Source of the DNA: a virus
Lineage: Duplodnaviria > Caudoviricetes
DNA length: 32,263 bases
Strand: one strand, 5' to 3'
IMG/VR virus record: IMGVR_UViG_3300039918_000009
Location: 1 to 32,263 of that record
In this document: positions 8,115-18,571 of the stretch, one piece after another
Position numbering within the stretch: the first letter of the stretch is position 1
Layout of the letters: every line of letters starts with the position of its first letter
The notes under the pieces: model-generated
Databases searched by the model: none
What the model was told of the DNA's origin: nothing
The model's input: the letters and a program-made list of their open reading frames with translations, nothing else
Program-made: the position numbers and the translations under genes

Positions 8115-10619
8115 TTACCTGCCGAACGCCGCTCCGATATCCGGGGCCCTTTCAGGCGTCGGCTCGCCCGGCCGCCACCAGTAATCCTGGTTCCAATCTC
8201 GCTGCGCACGCTGACGCATCTTCGCGTGGTAGCCAGGCGACAGATTCTCCTGCAGCGCGGCCAGGCCCGCAGCATCCAGCGCGACCTTGCCATACCACAG
8301 GTTCACGTACGGCAGGTGGTTGCGGGCAAAGCGCAGCGTCTCCGCGCCCGCGTGCGTGTCCTTGCCGTGGGCGGCCTGATAAACGTTCTCGATCCCGAGC
8401 TTGCCCACCAGGTCGAACGCGCTGCCGATGGTCGGGCCGGCCACGTTTTTGATGGCATTGGCAGTGGAGTCGCCTGGGTTCTCGGTCGGGTCGGTCAGCA
8501 GGAAATCGCCGACGATGCCGAGGCCTCCGCCCTGGGCGAGCGCCCGCAACCAGAATTTTCCTTGCGTCATGTCGATGGGGTCCTTGCCTTGCACCAGTTG
8601 CTTGTTCTGGTAGGCGATCGCGCCCAGCGCCGTCAGCGAGATCATCATGGCGCCAGCATAGATAGCGCGGTTGCCGAGGAACGTCGGCGCGCCAGGGATG
8701 CTGCCTGGAGCGTCTGTGAACCGGCCCCAGTGGCGCGAGATCATGGCGATTGGGAATGATTTGAACTGCATCACTGAGCGCGCCAGTTCGCCCAGCGGCG
8801 TGCCGCGCTGTACACCGCCGAAGGACTGCAGCGCCTTGGTGGTGAGATCCGGGTTCAGCACCGCATATTCTGACTCGTCGGTGATCAGCCCTAGCACCTT
8901 GGCCACCACCTCGTCGGCACGCGGATCGCCGCCGGCGCGGATGGACTCTGGCGTCAGGAATTCCTGACCGTTATAGGTTGTGAGCTGCGCCTGCCGTACC
9001 AGATCCCAATCCGCTTCGGTCAGTCCCTTGCTGGTCATGCGCCAGCGGTCGTATTGGGTCAACGCCTTCCAGTCTGTTTTCGCCAGCTTGGCCATGCCGT
9101 TCATCATCGTCATGGAGTAGGCACGGCGCAACGTGTCCGTCCAGAAGTTCATGAACGACAGCTTCATGGTGCTGTTGGCGAGCCGCCCCGACCACGTTTG
9201 CCGAATATTGTCGCCACTCCAGCGGTTCAGATCGGAGATCATCGATTCGGCGATGATGCCGTGCATGGAGAGGAAATCGCGGGTGTCGCCGTTCATCTGG
9301 CGCGGGATGTTGCGCAACGCATCCCAGTAGCTCAGATTGTTGAACCCGCTGGTGACGAAGTAGGTACCGAGGTCTGTCACGCTGGAGAGGATGGCGCCCT
9401 GCAACTTGCCGAAGGTCTGGATGTTCCGGGCGTGGGTACCGATTTCGGCGATGCGCCCGCTAACCGGCGCGCTGCTGGTGCCGTTCAGCACATCCCAGTA
9501 GGACTGCGGCAGCATGCCGAACGACCGCTTCAATCCGTTATCGGCGCGCGCGGCCAGGTCGAACTGGAGCCGCATCTGCTGGTTGGAGTTCGGACCATAG
9601 CGCTCGACCAGCGCAATGTCGCGCGCAAGCCGGCCGATGTGGCCCAGCATGGCGTCGTACATGCTCCCGGCGCCGTACTGCCCCATGTACTCGAGATAGG
9701 CGTTGCCGTCCTTGTAGTGGATCTGCCGTGTTTCGCTGCCCGCGTTGGCGCGCGCGGCGCTGCCCTGCGCCGGCCGGCTTCCCGGCGTCGTCTTGTTCAG
9801 GCCGTCCGTGGCGATGGTCGTCCACGCTTCCCGCAGGAAGTCCAGCACCTCGCTGTCATTCATGCGCGTGCCGTCCTCGCGCACGTACTGGCTGCGGTCC
9901 AGTAGCGGCAGAGTGTTATTCGCCCACGTGTCGCGCGCCGCGGCAGTGCCGTCGCCGCGCACGCGTACATTGTCGTGCGGCTGGGGCAGGTAGCCGTAGT
10001 CGAGCTGCCCCACGTCGCCGCCGGATGCGTTGAAGCGCTGGCGCATACGCTCAATGGAATCCAGCCACGCCTTGGCCCCCTTCTGCGCCAGCGTGTTGCC
10101 GGTGGCACCGTTGGCATTGGCGATGATCTCGACGGCCAGATCGCGGGTCATGCCCGGGTTGTCGGCATCGAACAGAAACATCAGGCCCCGCCGTACTGCG
10201 CTGGCGCCTTGCCGGCTGTCGGCCGCATCGAGCAGGTCCATCAGCTGCGACATGTTTTCGCGCTTGATGCCCTCGGCATACGCCGCCGTCAGGTCCATTT
10301 CCCGAACCAGCGCCTTGCTGCGGCCCTCGGAGAACTGCGTCATCAGGTCAGTAACGCGGATGTCCATGGCCGCCGTCTTGACAATCTGCAGGCTGGCGCG
10401 CGTCACCTTCAGTTGGGCCTCCTGCTGGATCTGGGCCATGGCCTCGCGGGAGGCGTCGAGCACCCTTTGTGCCAGCGGCATTGCCTGCCACGCGGCAGGA
10501 TCGCGACGCGCTATCTGGCGCATGGTGGACGATAGCCGGTCATCGATCTTCCTGACCTCGGCGTCAGTCAGGGCGCGCCCAGCGGCGGCGCTGACGGCTT
10601 GACGGCATTGGGGTGTCAT
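8115..10619 (-). CDS. Large internal virion (ejection) protein, 834 aa
   Basis: Start MTPQCRQAVSAAAGRALT with GGGAG RBS; helical; resembles epsilon15/phiV10-type internal proteins (recalled, not searched); located just before the tailspike. Confidence 0.75.
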   Translation of the reverse strand: MTPQCRQAVSAAAGRALTDAEVRKIDDRLSSTMRQIARRDPAAWQAMPLAQRVLDASREAMAQIQQEAQLKVTRASLQIVKTAAMDIRVTDLMTQFSEGRSKALVREMDLTAAYAEGIKRENMSQLMDLLDAADSRQGASAVRRGLMFLFDADNPGMTRDLAVEIIANANGATGNTLAQKGAKAWLDSIERMRQRFNASGGDVGQLDYGYLPQPHDNVRVRGDGTAAARDTWANNTLPLLDRSQYVREDGTRMNDSEVLDFLREAWTTIATDGLNKTTPGSRPAQGSAARANAGSETRQIHYKDGNAYLEYMGQYGAGSMYDAMLGHIGRLARDIALVERYGPNSNQQMRLQFDLAARADNGLKRSFGMLPQSYWDVLNGTSSAPVSGRIAEIGTHARNIQTFGKLQGAILSSVTDLGTYFVTSGFNNLSYWDALRNIPRQMNGDTRDFLSMHGIIAESMISDLNRWSGDNIRQTWSGRLANSTMKLSFMNFWTDTLRRAYSMTMMNGMAKLAKTDWKALTQYDRWRMTSKGLTEADWDLVRQAQLTTYNGQEFLTPESIRAGGDPRADEVVAKVLGLITDESEYAVLNPDLTTKALQSFGGVQRGTPLGELARSVMQFKSFPIAMISRHWGRFTDAPGSIPGAPTFLGNRAIYAGAMMISLTALGAIAYQNKQLVQGKDPIDMTQGKFWLRALAQGGGLGIVGDFLLTDPTENPGDSTANAIKNVAGPTIGSAFDLVGKLGIENVYQAAHGKDTHAGAETLRFARNHLPYVNLWYGKVALDAAGLAALQENLSPGYHAKMRQRAQRDWNQDYWWRPGEPTPERAPDIGAAFGR

Positions 10620-10631
10620 ATACTCGCTCCC

Positions 10632-10919
10632 ATGGTTCTGATTCGATTCATCACCCACACCGCCGGCGTCTGGTGGATCCTGCTCGGGATCCCGCTGCTG
10701 GGCGTGCTGGCGTCGGCGTTTCCGGCCCAGCACCCTGTGGTGATCGCCTGCGCGGCGCTGTGGGTGTCCGGCGTGGTGCCGGCGTGCGTGTTGTCGGGGA
10801 CCAGCAGCAAGAGCGTGCCGGCCGACTTCCGCGCCGCTTGGCGTGCTTTTCGCACCTGGTTCGCTATCGTCGGCGCAATCGCAGCGGCTGGCATCGTCCT
10901 GTCCCTGATCATCCGTTAA
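10632..10919 (+). CDS. Small 3-TM membrane protein, antisense moron within the virion operon (95 aa)
   Basis: Fills the gap between two minus-strand genes; strongly hydrophobic; its stop shares TTAA with the convergent gene; TATACT lies 7 nt before the ATG. Confidence 0.65.
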   Translation: MVLIRFITHTAGVWWILLGIPLLGVLASAFPAQHPVVIACAALWVSGVVPACVLSGTSSKSVPADFRAAWRAFRTWFAIVGAIAAAGIVLSLIIR

Positions 10920-13249
10920 GCGTTACGCAGGAAGCACTCGGCTGCTGCCTGAATCAACGGGGCATCGGCGGCGTCTCGCGCAGCTTCGGCCTTTACTGCT
11001 TCCAGCGCATCGGCCAGCCGCACGGGCTGATCCATCCCTTCCAACTGCACCATCATGTCCGGCGACAGCCGGGCAATCTCGGCAGCCTGCGCCTGCACCG
11101 TTGCCATGGCAGCATCGGCGCCGCTTTTCGGTGCTGTTGTTGCATTCCCTGTGGCTTCCGTTGCGCCGGGCACTGGTTCCGTCCCGTTTTTCGCCGGCTC
11201 TGCTCCAACCGTGGCGGCTTCTGTCCCGGCTTTTGCGGTGGTTGGTTCAGCACCAGCAGCTGGTGTACCAGCCGGCTTACCAGTGCGGGCCAGTTCGCCG
11301 GCGGCCAGAGCGGTCTGACGCGGCGCGCTCGGCGGGGCATCAAGTGCAGCGCGCGCGGAGCGTACCCCGCCGATCTGTTCATCCAGTACCTGCACAGCCT
11401 GGCGCGCCTGCTCGGCGCCGCGGTTCGTCTCGATCTGGCGTTCCAGCGCAGTGATTCGGCCTTGGTGCTCGTCAAGCGCCGCCGTCAGTTCCTTGCGCGC
11501 CGCAGACTGCGCTTCCTTGTAGCTGGTCCGGCCGTTATCGGCGGTCTGGATTTCCTTGGCGCGGGCCCGGATTGCCTCCTCGCCGGTGTCGGGAAGCGTG
11601 CTACGCAGTTGCTCAAGTTCCCCGCGAAGGCCACGAATGGCGCCCGGCTCGGCCACCTGGCCGGCTTCGGGCAGCAAGTCGGCGCGGGCCGCTTCCAAAC
11701 GGGCCACCATGTCGTCCAGCATACGGGCGTTCTGCAGGGTGTCCCACTGAACCACATCGCTGACATCTACCCGCGTACCTCCGCCAAGTTGGTCAGATGC
11801 GCGCACGATGGCGGAGAGGTGATCCTGCGCGGCCGCGATATCAGTCTGATCTTTCAGATTCCAGGAATCGACGGTATCGCGGACCAACTGCAGGCGCGCA
11901 GCTGCTACGGCATCAGGATCGGCCGCAGCGGCACGGCCAGCCGCCTCACCAGCGTGCTCGGCCATGAATCTGTCGGTACGCTCCAGATAGGCCCGGGTCT
12001 CTGCGGCCGGCGGCGCCTTGCCTGCGCGCACCGCTTCTGCGGCCTTGCCGCCGCCGTTGTAGTGCGCAATTACCGCCCGCCAATTACCGTCGTACTGGCG
12101 TCCCAGATCAGCCACGAAGTCGGCGGCCGCGTCCAGGTTGGCCACCGGGTCTCGCACGTCTCTGCCTTTGCCGTACTGGCCCCACGTGGCGTCCATGAAC
12201 TGCATGATGCCCTTGGCGCCAACCGGCGACGTCGCGCCACTGTTGCCAGACTTTTCGCCGGCGTTCTTGATGGCCAGCAGCACCTCAGGCGGCACGCCCG
12301 CGCGCTGGGCAGCTGTCACCGCGTAGGCGTCCAGCCGGGCATCGTTGTACGGCAGCGCCTGGCGCTCGCGCATCCCCATATCCACCAGCTGCCGTGCGGC
12401 CGCCGGATCGAAATCCACCGGAGACCGAGCACCGGCACGGGCGGCGCCGCGGGCAGCGAATGCGCCGAACCCGGCAGGCACCAGCGTCGAGACGGCCAGG
12501 CCAACAGGGTCGAATGGGTCGTACTGGTCCGCGATCTTGGTGTAGTCGGCGTTCTTCAGGATCTCGCGCGATGCCGCCTGTTGTGCGATATAGCTAGCCG
12601 GGCCGCCGGCGACGACGAGCGCGGCCGTCTGCGCAATCGTGCGCCCCGCTACCGGCAGCACGACGCCAGCGCCGGCGGCCACCCCTGACACGGCTCCCAC
12701 CTTCGTGCGCGTCTCGATGTCCACGCCCTGCGCCTTTAGGCGATCTGCTTCCGTCAGCGCTTCGTCGCCGCCCGTCAGCACTCCGCCCACCACCGGGCCA
12801 CCCAGAACCGAATAGCCGACAGCCTTGGTACCAAATCGGCCGATCTGGAACAGTGTCTGCTCAACGGCGTTGGAGGTCACAGGGTCTGGCATCAGGTTAC
12901 GTGCAGTGACGCGCAGGCCGGTACCGACCGAGCTACTAAACGCCTCGCCGCTGGCAACCTGCTGGCGCGCTTCCTCGCCCTCATCGCGGCGCTTCTGCAT
13001 TTCCTCTGGGGAGAGAAGCAGCGACGGATCTGCCTGCGCACCATACCCGCCCTGTACCTGCCCGAATGCGCTGAGAACATCGGCAGCGAAGCCGCCGGAT
13101 TCGACTGCTCCTGCACCGGCCCCTACGACGGGCGCCTTAATCGTGTTCCATACCGAGAACCCAGACTGCTGGCGCGGTGGCGCAACCGGCCGCTTCTGCC
13201 GGTCGTCCAGCGTCTGGTCAATCGAGTCCTGTAGCATTCCATCGATCAT
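10916..13249 (-). CDS. Internal virion protein with lytic transglycosylase (SLT) domain, 777 aa
   Basis: GVPPEVLLAIKNAGEKSG...SPVGAKGIMQFMDATW...DPVANLDAAA...AHYNGG SLT motifs; Ala-rich helical flanks. Confidence 0.85.
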   Translation of the reverse strand: MIDGMLQDSIDQTLDDRQKRPVAPPRQQSGFSVWNTIKAPVVGAGAGAVESGGFAADVLSAFGQVQGGYGAQADPSLLLSPEEMQKRRDEGEEARQQVASGEAFSSSVGTGLRVTARNLMPDPVTSNAVEQTLFQIGRFGTKAVGYSVLGGPVVGGVLTGGDEALTEADRLKAQGVDIETRTKVGAVSGVAAGAGVVLPVAGRTIAQTAALVVAGGPASYIAQQAASREILKNADYTKIADQYDPFDPVGLAVSTLVPAGFGAFAARGAARAGARSPVDFDPAAARQLVDMGMRERQALPYNDARLDAYAVTAAQRAGVPPEVLLAIKNAGEKSGNSGATSPVGAKGIMQFMDATWGQYGKGRDVRDPVANLDAAADFVADLGRQYDGNWRAVIAHYNGGGKAAEAVRAGKAPPAAETRAYLERTDRFMAEHAGEAAGRAAAADPDAVAAARLQLVRDTVDSWNLKDQTDIAAAQDHLSAIVRASDQLGGGTRVDVSDVVQWDTLQNARMLDDMVARLEAARADLLPEAGQVAEPGAIRGLRGELEQLRSTLPDTGEEAIRARAKEIQTADNGRTSYKEAQSAARKELTAALDEHQGRITALERQIETNRGAEQARQAVQVLDEQIGGVRSARAALDAPPSAPRQTALAAGELARTGKPAGTPAAGAEPTTAKAGTEAATVGAEPAKNGTEPVPGATEATGNATTAPKSGADAAMATVQAQAAEIARLSPDMMVQLEGMDQPVRLADALEAVKAEAARDAADAPLIQAAAECFLRNA

Positions 13250-15324
13250 CAGCGGCTCCGTGCGGGTTGGCCTTGTGCGCCGTTTGGTGGCGTGGCGTTG
13301 GGGCGCTGCGGGTTCAGGTCGAGAGTGATGCGCTGGCCGGCGCTGTTGGTCACAAAGCCTTGTCCCGCTCGGATCGCGTACTTTCCCTGGCCGGCGTGCA
13401 CCAGCGACGACTGCGGCAACTGCTGGATGAAGCGATCCAGCGGTATCGCAGTGGCACCGCTGAACACCTGCCCATCTGGCGCCTGCGCCGCGACGTCGGT
13501 CGGTTTAATAGCAGCAATGCGCTGGGTGAAGGTGTCGTCATCCATACCGTACGGACGCGGGATCTTGCTGCCGTCGCGCTGCTGGCGCAGACCGCCCGTG
13601 GCCAGGTTCACCGCCCGCTTGATGTCTGTGCCGCCACCGTCAGATGCGATTGCCGCCTGGATCAGGAATGCCGAATCGATCCAAGATTGGCGCACGTCCT
13701 GGTTGTAGGTGGCATCGCCGATTTCCTTGGCGATCTCGGCGCGCCATCCGGTTTCCTTGGCCTGGTCAATCTTGGCTGCACCATCCTTCAGCGCCCGGTC
13801 GCCACGCAAGATCAATTCTGACGTTAGCCGCCCCTGCGTGGTGTTGGAGTTCGCGTAGGTCATAGCCATGCCCAGCGTCTTGTCCTTTTCGGACATCTGC
13901 TTTGCAAAGGCCGAAATCCGGTCGGCATTGCCGATCGACTGACCGAACCCGGCCAGCGCAGTGGATTGCTGGTCAGGTGGTAGGCTGCGGACGATCTTGC
14001 CGATCTGGGCAGCCTCGTCAGGCTGCATTGGGCTGACCGGCTTGCCTACCCAATCCTCGACATCGGCAATATTGCGCATGCGCTGATTGATCAGGTTCTG
14101 TGCGTCGCCCACGCTGTTGAGCGGCACCTCCGGTGCACGCACGATTACGCCTCGCTCCTGCGCCGCCTGCCATGCATTCTGCTCGACGTCACGCTGGATA
14201 GCCGCGTTCATACGCAGCCGGCGTTCGTATTCCTTGTATTCGGTCGGATCCGTGCCGATGCCCGGCGTGGCTGCGCGTGCTCGCATCTGCTCGAGCTTCG
14301 CCTGCTGCTGGGTCAGCGGCAATGTGGCAAAACGGGCGTCGTTGCCCTGCTCTTTCACGAGTGCCATGAATGGAACCGCTGCCACGGTTCCCTGCGTCTT
14401 GTCGGCTACCTCGCTGATGAACTCGGGGGACGGAATCTTGCCATCGGCGAGCAGCGTGGCCATGCTGGCGTAGGCTTCTTGTCCCACCTTGTCGCGACGC
14501 TCCTGTTCCCGTGCTGCTTTCTCTCGAGCACGTTCTGCTGCTGCGGCCTGCGCATTCACGTAGCCCTGCGCCTTGGTGATCAGCGGCACTACTTGATTGC
14601 CATCCAGTCGCGGCACCCATTCATACCCGTCTGGCAGCGGCTCATCAGGCTTGCGGCTCAGGACGGCCAGCGCTTGCGCCGGGTTGTCTAGCACCATGCG
14701 CGATCCAGCGGCGTAGGCCAGCTTCGATTCCGTCGATGCCTGCAGCGCTTCCTTCTTGGCAGGATCCATCGTCGATGTATTCAGCACAGCCATAGTAGCG
14801 GCGCGGCGCTCACCATACAGACTTGGGTCGCGCGCAATTGCCAAGGCATCCGCGTCAGCGGCCTCGGTGTACTGGGTTACTCGATGCGCCTCGCGTTGAC
14901 CAGCCTCCCAGCGAATAGATTGACCGCCGAGCGTCTGGCGCAGTTGGTTTAGCTGCATGCCGTAGAACCGCTTCGAGGTCTCATCCGGGGCATTGGCCAG
15001 CGCGGTCTGACTGTACTCGTCGAATTCCTTCAGCAGGTTCGGGGTGAAGTCGGGCGCTCCAGGTTGGGCGTTCTCCTGCAACTGGGTCATCCGATCCTGC
15101 CACTTCACATAGTCGGTGCTGCTGGCCTGCGATACCCATGCGCGCGCCGTCTCTGCTTCCTGCTGCTGGACCACACCACCGACACGCTGCAGAGCGTTGC
15201 CGATCTGTCCAAGCGCTTGACCGGTATCGTCCTGCACGGCGATCAACGGCGCGCGCACGCCAGGCTGTTCCAGAGACGGCGCCTTTTGCTGCTGATATTG
15301 TGGGATAGGAATTCGAGTTGCCAT
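13249..15324 (-). CDS. Internal virion (ejection) protein, 691 aa
   Basis: Gln/Ala-rich helical ORF in the podovirus ejectosome position, coupled to its neighbours. Confidence 0.7.
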   Translation of the reverse strand: MATRIPIPQYQQQKAPSLEQPGVRAPLIAVQDDTGQALGQIGNALQRVGGVVQQQEAETARAWVSQASSTDYVKWQDRMTQLQENAQPGAPDFTPNLLKEFDEYSQTALANAPDETSKRFYGMQLNQLRQTLGGQSIRWEAGQREAHRVTQYTEAADADALAIARDPSLYGERRAATMAVLNTSTMDPAKKEALQASTESKLAYAAGSRMVLDNPAQALAVLSRKPDEPLPDGYEWVPRLDGNQVVPLITKAQGYVNAQAAAAERAREKAAREQERRDKVGQEAYASMATLLADGKIPSPEFISEVADKTQGTVAAVPFMALVKEQGNDARFATLPLTQQQAKLEQMRARAATPGIGTDPTEYKEYERRLRMNAAIQRDVEQNAWQAAQERGVIVRAPEVPLNSVGDAQNLINQRMRNIADVEDWVGKPVSPMQPDEAAQIGKIVRSLPPDQQSTALAGFGQSIGNADRISAFAKQMSEKDKTLGMAMTYANSNTTQGRLTSELILRGDRALKDGAAKIDQAKETGWRAEIAKEIGDATYNQDVRQSWIDSAFLIQAAIASDGGGTDIKRAVNLATGGLRQQRDGSKIPRPYGMDDDTFTQRIAAIKPTDVAAQAPDGQVFSGATAIPLDRFIQQLPQSSLVHAGQGKYAIRAGQGFVTNSAGQRITLDLNPQRPNATPPNGAQGQPARSR

Positions 15325-15327
15325 CTA

Positions 15328-15861
15328 TTACCCCAGATAGGTACTGCGTTCGACCACCGGTGCCGGGCTTCCTACCTTCGCGCCGGCCGTGTATGCGCTG
15401 CCCAGACCGCTCAGCAAGTTGCCAGCTGCCGTCACATAGGAACTACGACGCGCGTTGGTGGCCGACGATCGCAACGTTTCTGCTTGGTACATGCCCATAG
15501 CGGCCTGCTGCTCATAGTTCTGGCCGGTCAGGATGCCTTCGTACCGGGTCTGCAGCGCGTCCAACTCGGCGTTGCGCGTGCTCTGCAACTGCACATCCAG
15601 CGCGGAGCCGCTGGTGGCATCTACACCGGAAGCGCCAAGCGCCGCACGCTGTTCGGCCAGGGTCTGCGCCGCACCGCGACGCTGAGCCGACTCGCGCTCT
15701 ACTCCCGACGCATAAGCCTGCGTCGCCTGGTTCTGACTAAGCTGGGCGTTGTACTCGGCCGCGCGTGCCTGCTGGTTTAGCGATTGGCTCTGCTGCACAC
15801 CGCTCGAAATCGCGCTGACCGCGCTCACGACAGTGCCTGCAATAAGAAGTGGGACAGCCAT
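15328..15861 (-). CDS. Small internal virion protein (T7 gp14-like position), 177 aa
   Basis: Hydrophobic Ala/Gly N-terminus, Gln/Ala-rich coiled region, ASGVD...GSAL motif. Confidence 0.7.
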   Translation of the reverse strand: MAVPLLIAGTVVSAVSAISSGVQQSQSLNQQARAAEYNAQLSQNQATQAYASGVERESAQRRGAAQTLAEQRAALGASGVDATSGSALDVQLQSTRNAELDALQTRYEGILTGQNYEQQAAMGMYQAETLRSSATNARRSSYVTAAGNLLSGLGSAYTAGAKVGSPAPVVERSTYLG

Positions 15862-16290
15862 TCATTTCACCTTGGCGTAGAGATAAACATCACGTTGATC
15901 TGCTGTGTATTTGCGCATCAGCCCTTCTCGCGTGAATCCCAGATGCTCCGCCCAGCGCACTGCCGCGGCATGGTCAGCGTCGACCTTCATCTCCACGCGG
16001 TGCCAGGGGCTATCGGTCAAAACGCCGCGCACCATACGATGGATCTGCCGGAAGACGTCGAATGCATTGGGGGAAAGCAGCGTCCATGCTTCCGCGCGGC
16101 CGGGCCAGCATTCGGCCACGCCTCCACAGCCCACAATCTCGCCATCCAACACGCCGGTCCATCCGACAGTGCTCTGCGCGACCAGCGCGCCGGCATATTC
16201 CTCGGTCAGCATTCCCAAAACGGCGGCTTGCGCTGCTTGCGGTGAGAACTGGAAAAGGTGCTCCGGCTGGAGCTTGACGAGTTCAAACAT
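15862..16290 (-). CDS. GNAT-fold phage protein (T7 gp13-like position)
   Basis: DGEIVGCGG and AVRWAEHLGFTREG GNAT-like motifs; lies between the nozzle and ejection genes. Confidence 0.7.
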   Translation of the reverse strand: MFELVKLQPEHLFQFSPQAAQAAVLGMLTEEYAGALVAQSTVGWTGVLDGEIVGCGGVAECWPGRAEAWTLLSPNAFDVFRQIHRMVRGVLTDSPWHRVEMKVDADHAAAVRWAEHLGFTREGLMRKYTADQRDVYLYAKVK

Positions 16291-16293
16291 GCG

Positions 16294-18558
16294 TCACCTG
16301 TCGTCGTTCGTGACCACGATAGGCATCAGCGCGATGATCGTGGATGGCAGCGGCTGGTCATTGACGTACCAGATGCGCGCCGTGCTGCTGTAGCCGCCCT
16401 TCCAAGGTACGGGCGGTGTATCGCCGGTGTAGAGCGGTATGGCCTGGTCCATCGCGTTCGATGGCCTGCGGAACTGCAGCTCGTCGAGGTTGTTCTCGTC
16501 CGGGCCAAGCTTTCCGCCCAACGTGCGGTGCACGCGCGCGACCACGTTCGTGACACGCTGTGTTTTCCCCTGCGCGGTACCGTCCGCCGCGCCCGCATTC
16601 AGACGCATGGTGGCCAGCTTGGCAGGTGCTGGCAGGCCCGCGTGGATGATCGATCCAGCCCGTTGTAGCGTGATCTTCCCGGCGGCTACCACGCGCTGCG
16701 GGTGCGTTGCTCCGTCGACCAGCACGTCGACCGTCTGCCCTTCCAGGTGATCGAGCCCGGACACCGTCGAGATGGCGCTGCCTTGGTAGCTGAGACCGGA
16801 GTCCACATAGAAGGCTTCGACCTGATCTTCTTCGTCAGAGAGAGGCGGTTCGAGCCATTCCACGTACCGCTTGACCTGGCCATTGATGACACGGCGCACG
16901 ATCACCCACAGATCGTCGCTGGACCCGTCTGGCGATGGCATGGCCTCCACCGCTTCCACAGCGCCATTGATCATAGGGTGCGGGTGCCAGCCGTAGACGT
17001 CGCTGCGGTTCAGTTCCTGGTCATAGGTCAGGCCGATCAGTTGGCCGTCAGACCGAGCGCACCAGATGATCGAATACGGCTCCTGTTGGTAGGTCATGTC
17101 TACCACGCCTGTCCGCGAGATGTGGCTGGCAAGCTTTGTGGTGTCGCTGGAGACAAAGTTGTCCGACCCGTAGTCGTACTCGTAGTCCCGGATCTTGCGG
17201 CCGCTCTTCTGAACGAACAGCGTCTTCCCACTCGCCTCGATCGGCTGTACCGCGCGGGAGCCGTACGACGTGCGGCGTCGCGCCTGAATGTTGCCGGGGC
17301 CCACGGCCTGGTTGTTCTGGATCGGGCCCACCACCCACTCATCGCCGTTCGTGCCGAGGATCAACTGCTCGGACTCGACCATCCAGACAATCCGGTTGAT
17401 CTGGCGGGCGTTCAGGGTGATGACGAAGGACGAGTCGGCCAACACCTCACCGGCATCCTTGGCGGCGAAGTTCTCGAAGTCGCCAGTCACGGACCCGGCC
17501 AGCGTACGGTCGCGCGCGAGTACTAGGCGCTCCAGCCAGAAGGCTCCGTGTTCCGGCCATCCCTCCACCGTCGAGAACAGCGAGTGCGACCACTTCCACG
17601 ACGGCGTGGTCACCACATCGTCGGGCAAACGGCTGATGATCGTGCCGATGGCGTGGTTGGCGTCCGGCACACCGGAGATCAGGACGATGCCGTAGCCGGC
17701 GTGCTGGTATTCCCATTCCACCCCAATCGGCCCGCGCTGGTCGTTTGCGATCTCCACACCATCACCGTCCCACGCCCTGCCCTCGGTGTGCACCGGGGTT
17801 AGCGTGCCAGTCACGGGCGGGTCGGTACCGCCAGATCCCACATTCGTGCACTTGTAGACTCGGGCGTCAACCCGGCGCAGGTCGCCTACCGTTACCTGCT
17901 GGTAGACCGCCCATGGCTTTACGGCCGACAGGTCCAGCGATTCGAGATTGAACAGCGAGCCGATGTGACCGGACTGGAAGATCCCCGCTGTGGCCGTCAG
18001 GGTCACCGTGCCTGTGGTGGCATTTGCCTGCACCGTCGAGCTTTTGGTGATGTTCGACTTCTTGAACGGGCCATTCGTGAAATCCACCTCTGACATCTGG
18101 AATGCGTTAGCAGCCGTGCGCACCAGCTTGCGCGTCTTGTAGCCCAGGTGGAACAGGTACATGGTGTCGGCGGACTGCACCGCGTGTAGCCGGCACGTCC
18201 CATCGGCGGCCGTCAAATCGGCGAACGTGTAGGGCGTGGCCACCTCGACAGGGTTTCCACCCGAGATCAGCAGACCGCGATTTGCGTAGAAGCGGATCAC
18301 GCTGTCGCCAAACTCCAGCATGTAACTGATGTTCTCGGACACCTGGAAGCGCATCAACCAGGACTTGCCAGCCGCGTTTTTGACCGGATTGACGAAACGG
18401 AAGCCACCGCGGCGCACGGCCGGACCTTGGACGAGAGGCAGAAAGTTTTCCAACTTGTAGCAACCGTTGGGAAACTTCGCGATATCGACGCGCCCCTCCA
18501 TAAGCGGCGACAACTCGCCGGCGTCGAAACTGGTGATGATCGGCGCCGCTTTTGCCAC
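16294..18558 (-). CDS. Tail tubular protein B (nozzle), 754 aa
   Basis: GTG start after AGGAG; TSFDAGELSP...LENFLPLVQGPAVRRGG N-terminus typical of podovirus nozzle proteins; beta-rich. Confidence 0.85.
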   Translation of the reverse strand: MAKAAPIITSFDAGELSPLMEGRVDIAKFPNGCYKLENFLPLVQGPAVRRGGFRFVNPVKNAAGKSWLMRFQVSENISYMLEFGDSVIRFYANRGLLISGGNPVEVATPYTFADLTAADGTCRLHAVQSADTMYLFHLGYKTRKLVRTAANAFQMSEVDFTNGPFKKSNITKSSTVQANATTGTVTLTATAGIFQSGHIGSLFNLESLDLSAVKPWAVYQQVTVGDLRRVDARVYKCTNVGSGGTDPPVTGTLTPVHTEGRAWDGDGVEIANDQRGPIGVEWEYQHAGYGIVLISGVPDANHAIGTIISRLPDDVVTTPSWKWSHSLFSTVEGWPEHGAFWLERLVLARDRTLAGSVTGDFENFAAKDAGEVLADSSFVITLNARQINRIVWMVESEQLILGTNGDEWVVGPIQNNQAVGPGNIQARRRTSYGSRAVQPIEASGKTLFVQKSGRKIRDYEYDYGSDNFVSSDTTKLASHISRTGVVDMTYQQEPYSIIWCARSDGQLIGLTYDQELNRSDVYGWHPHPMINGAVEAVEAMPSPDGSSDDLWVIVRRVINGQVKRYVEWLEPPLSDEEDQVEAFYVDSGLSYQGSAISTVSGLDHLEGQTVDVLVDGATHPQRVVAAGKITLQRAGSIIHAGLPAPAKLATMRLNAGAADGTAQGKTQRVTNVVARVHRTLGGKLGPDENNLDELQFRRPSNAMDQAIPLYTGDTPPVPWKGGYSSTARIWYVNDQPLPSTIIALMPIVVTNDDR

Positions 18559-18571
18559 GTCGCTCTCCTGC

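Noticed and set aside
10613-12688. 691-aa plus-strand ORF and other long antisense ORFs (e.g. 24102..25790, 18467..19633, 31280..32041)
   Set aside because: Shadow frames of GC-rich genes that have clear motifs on the opposite strand.
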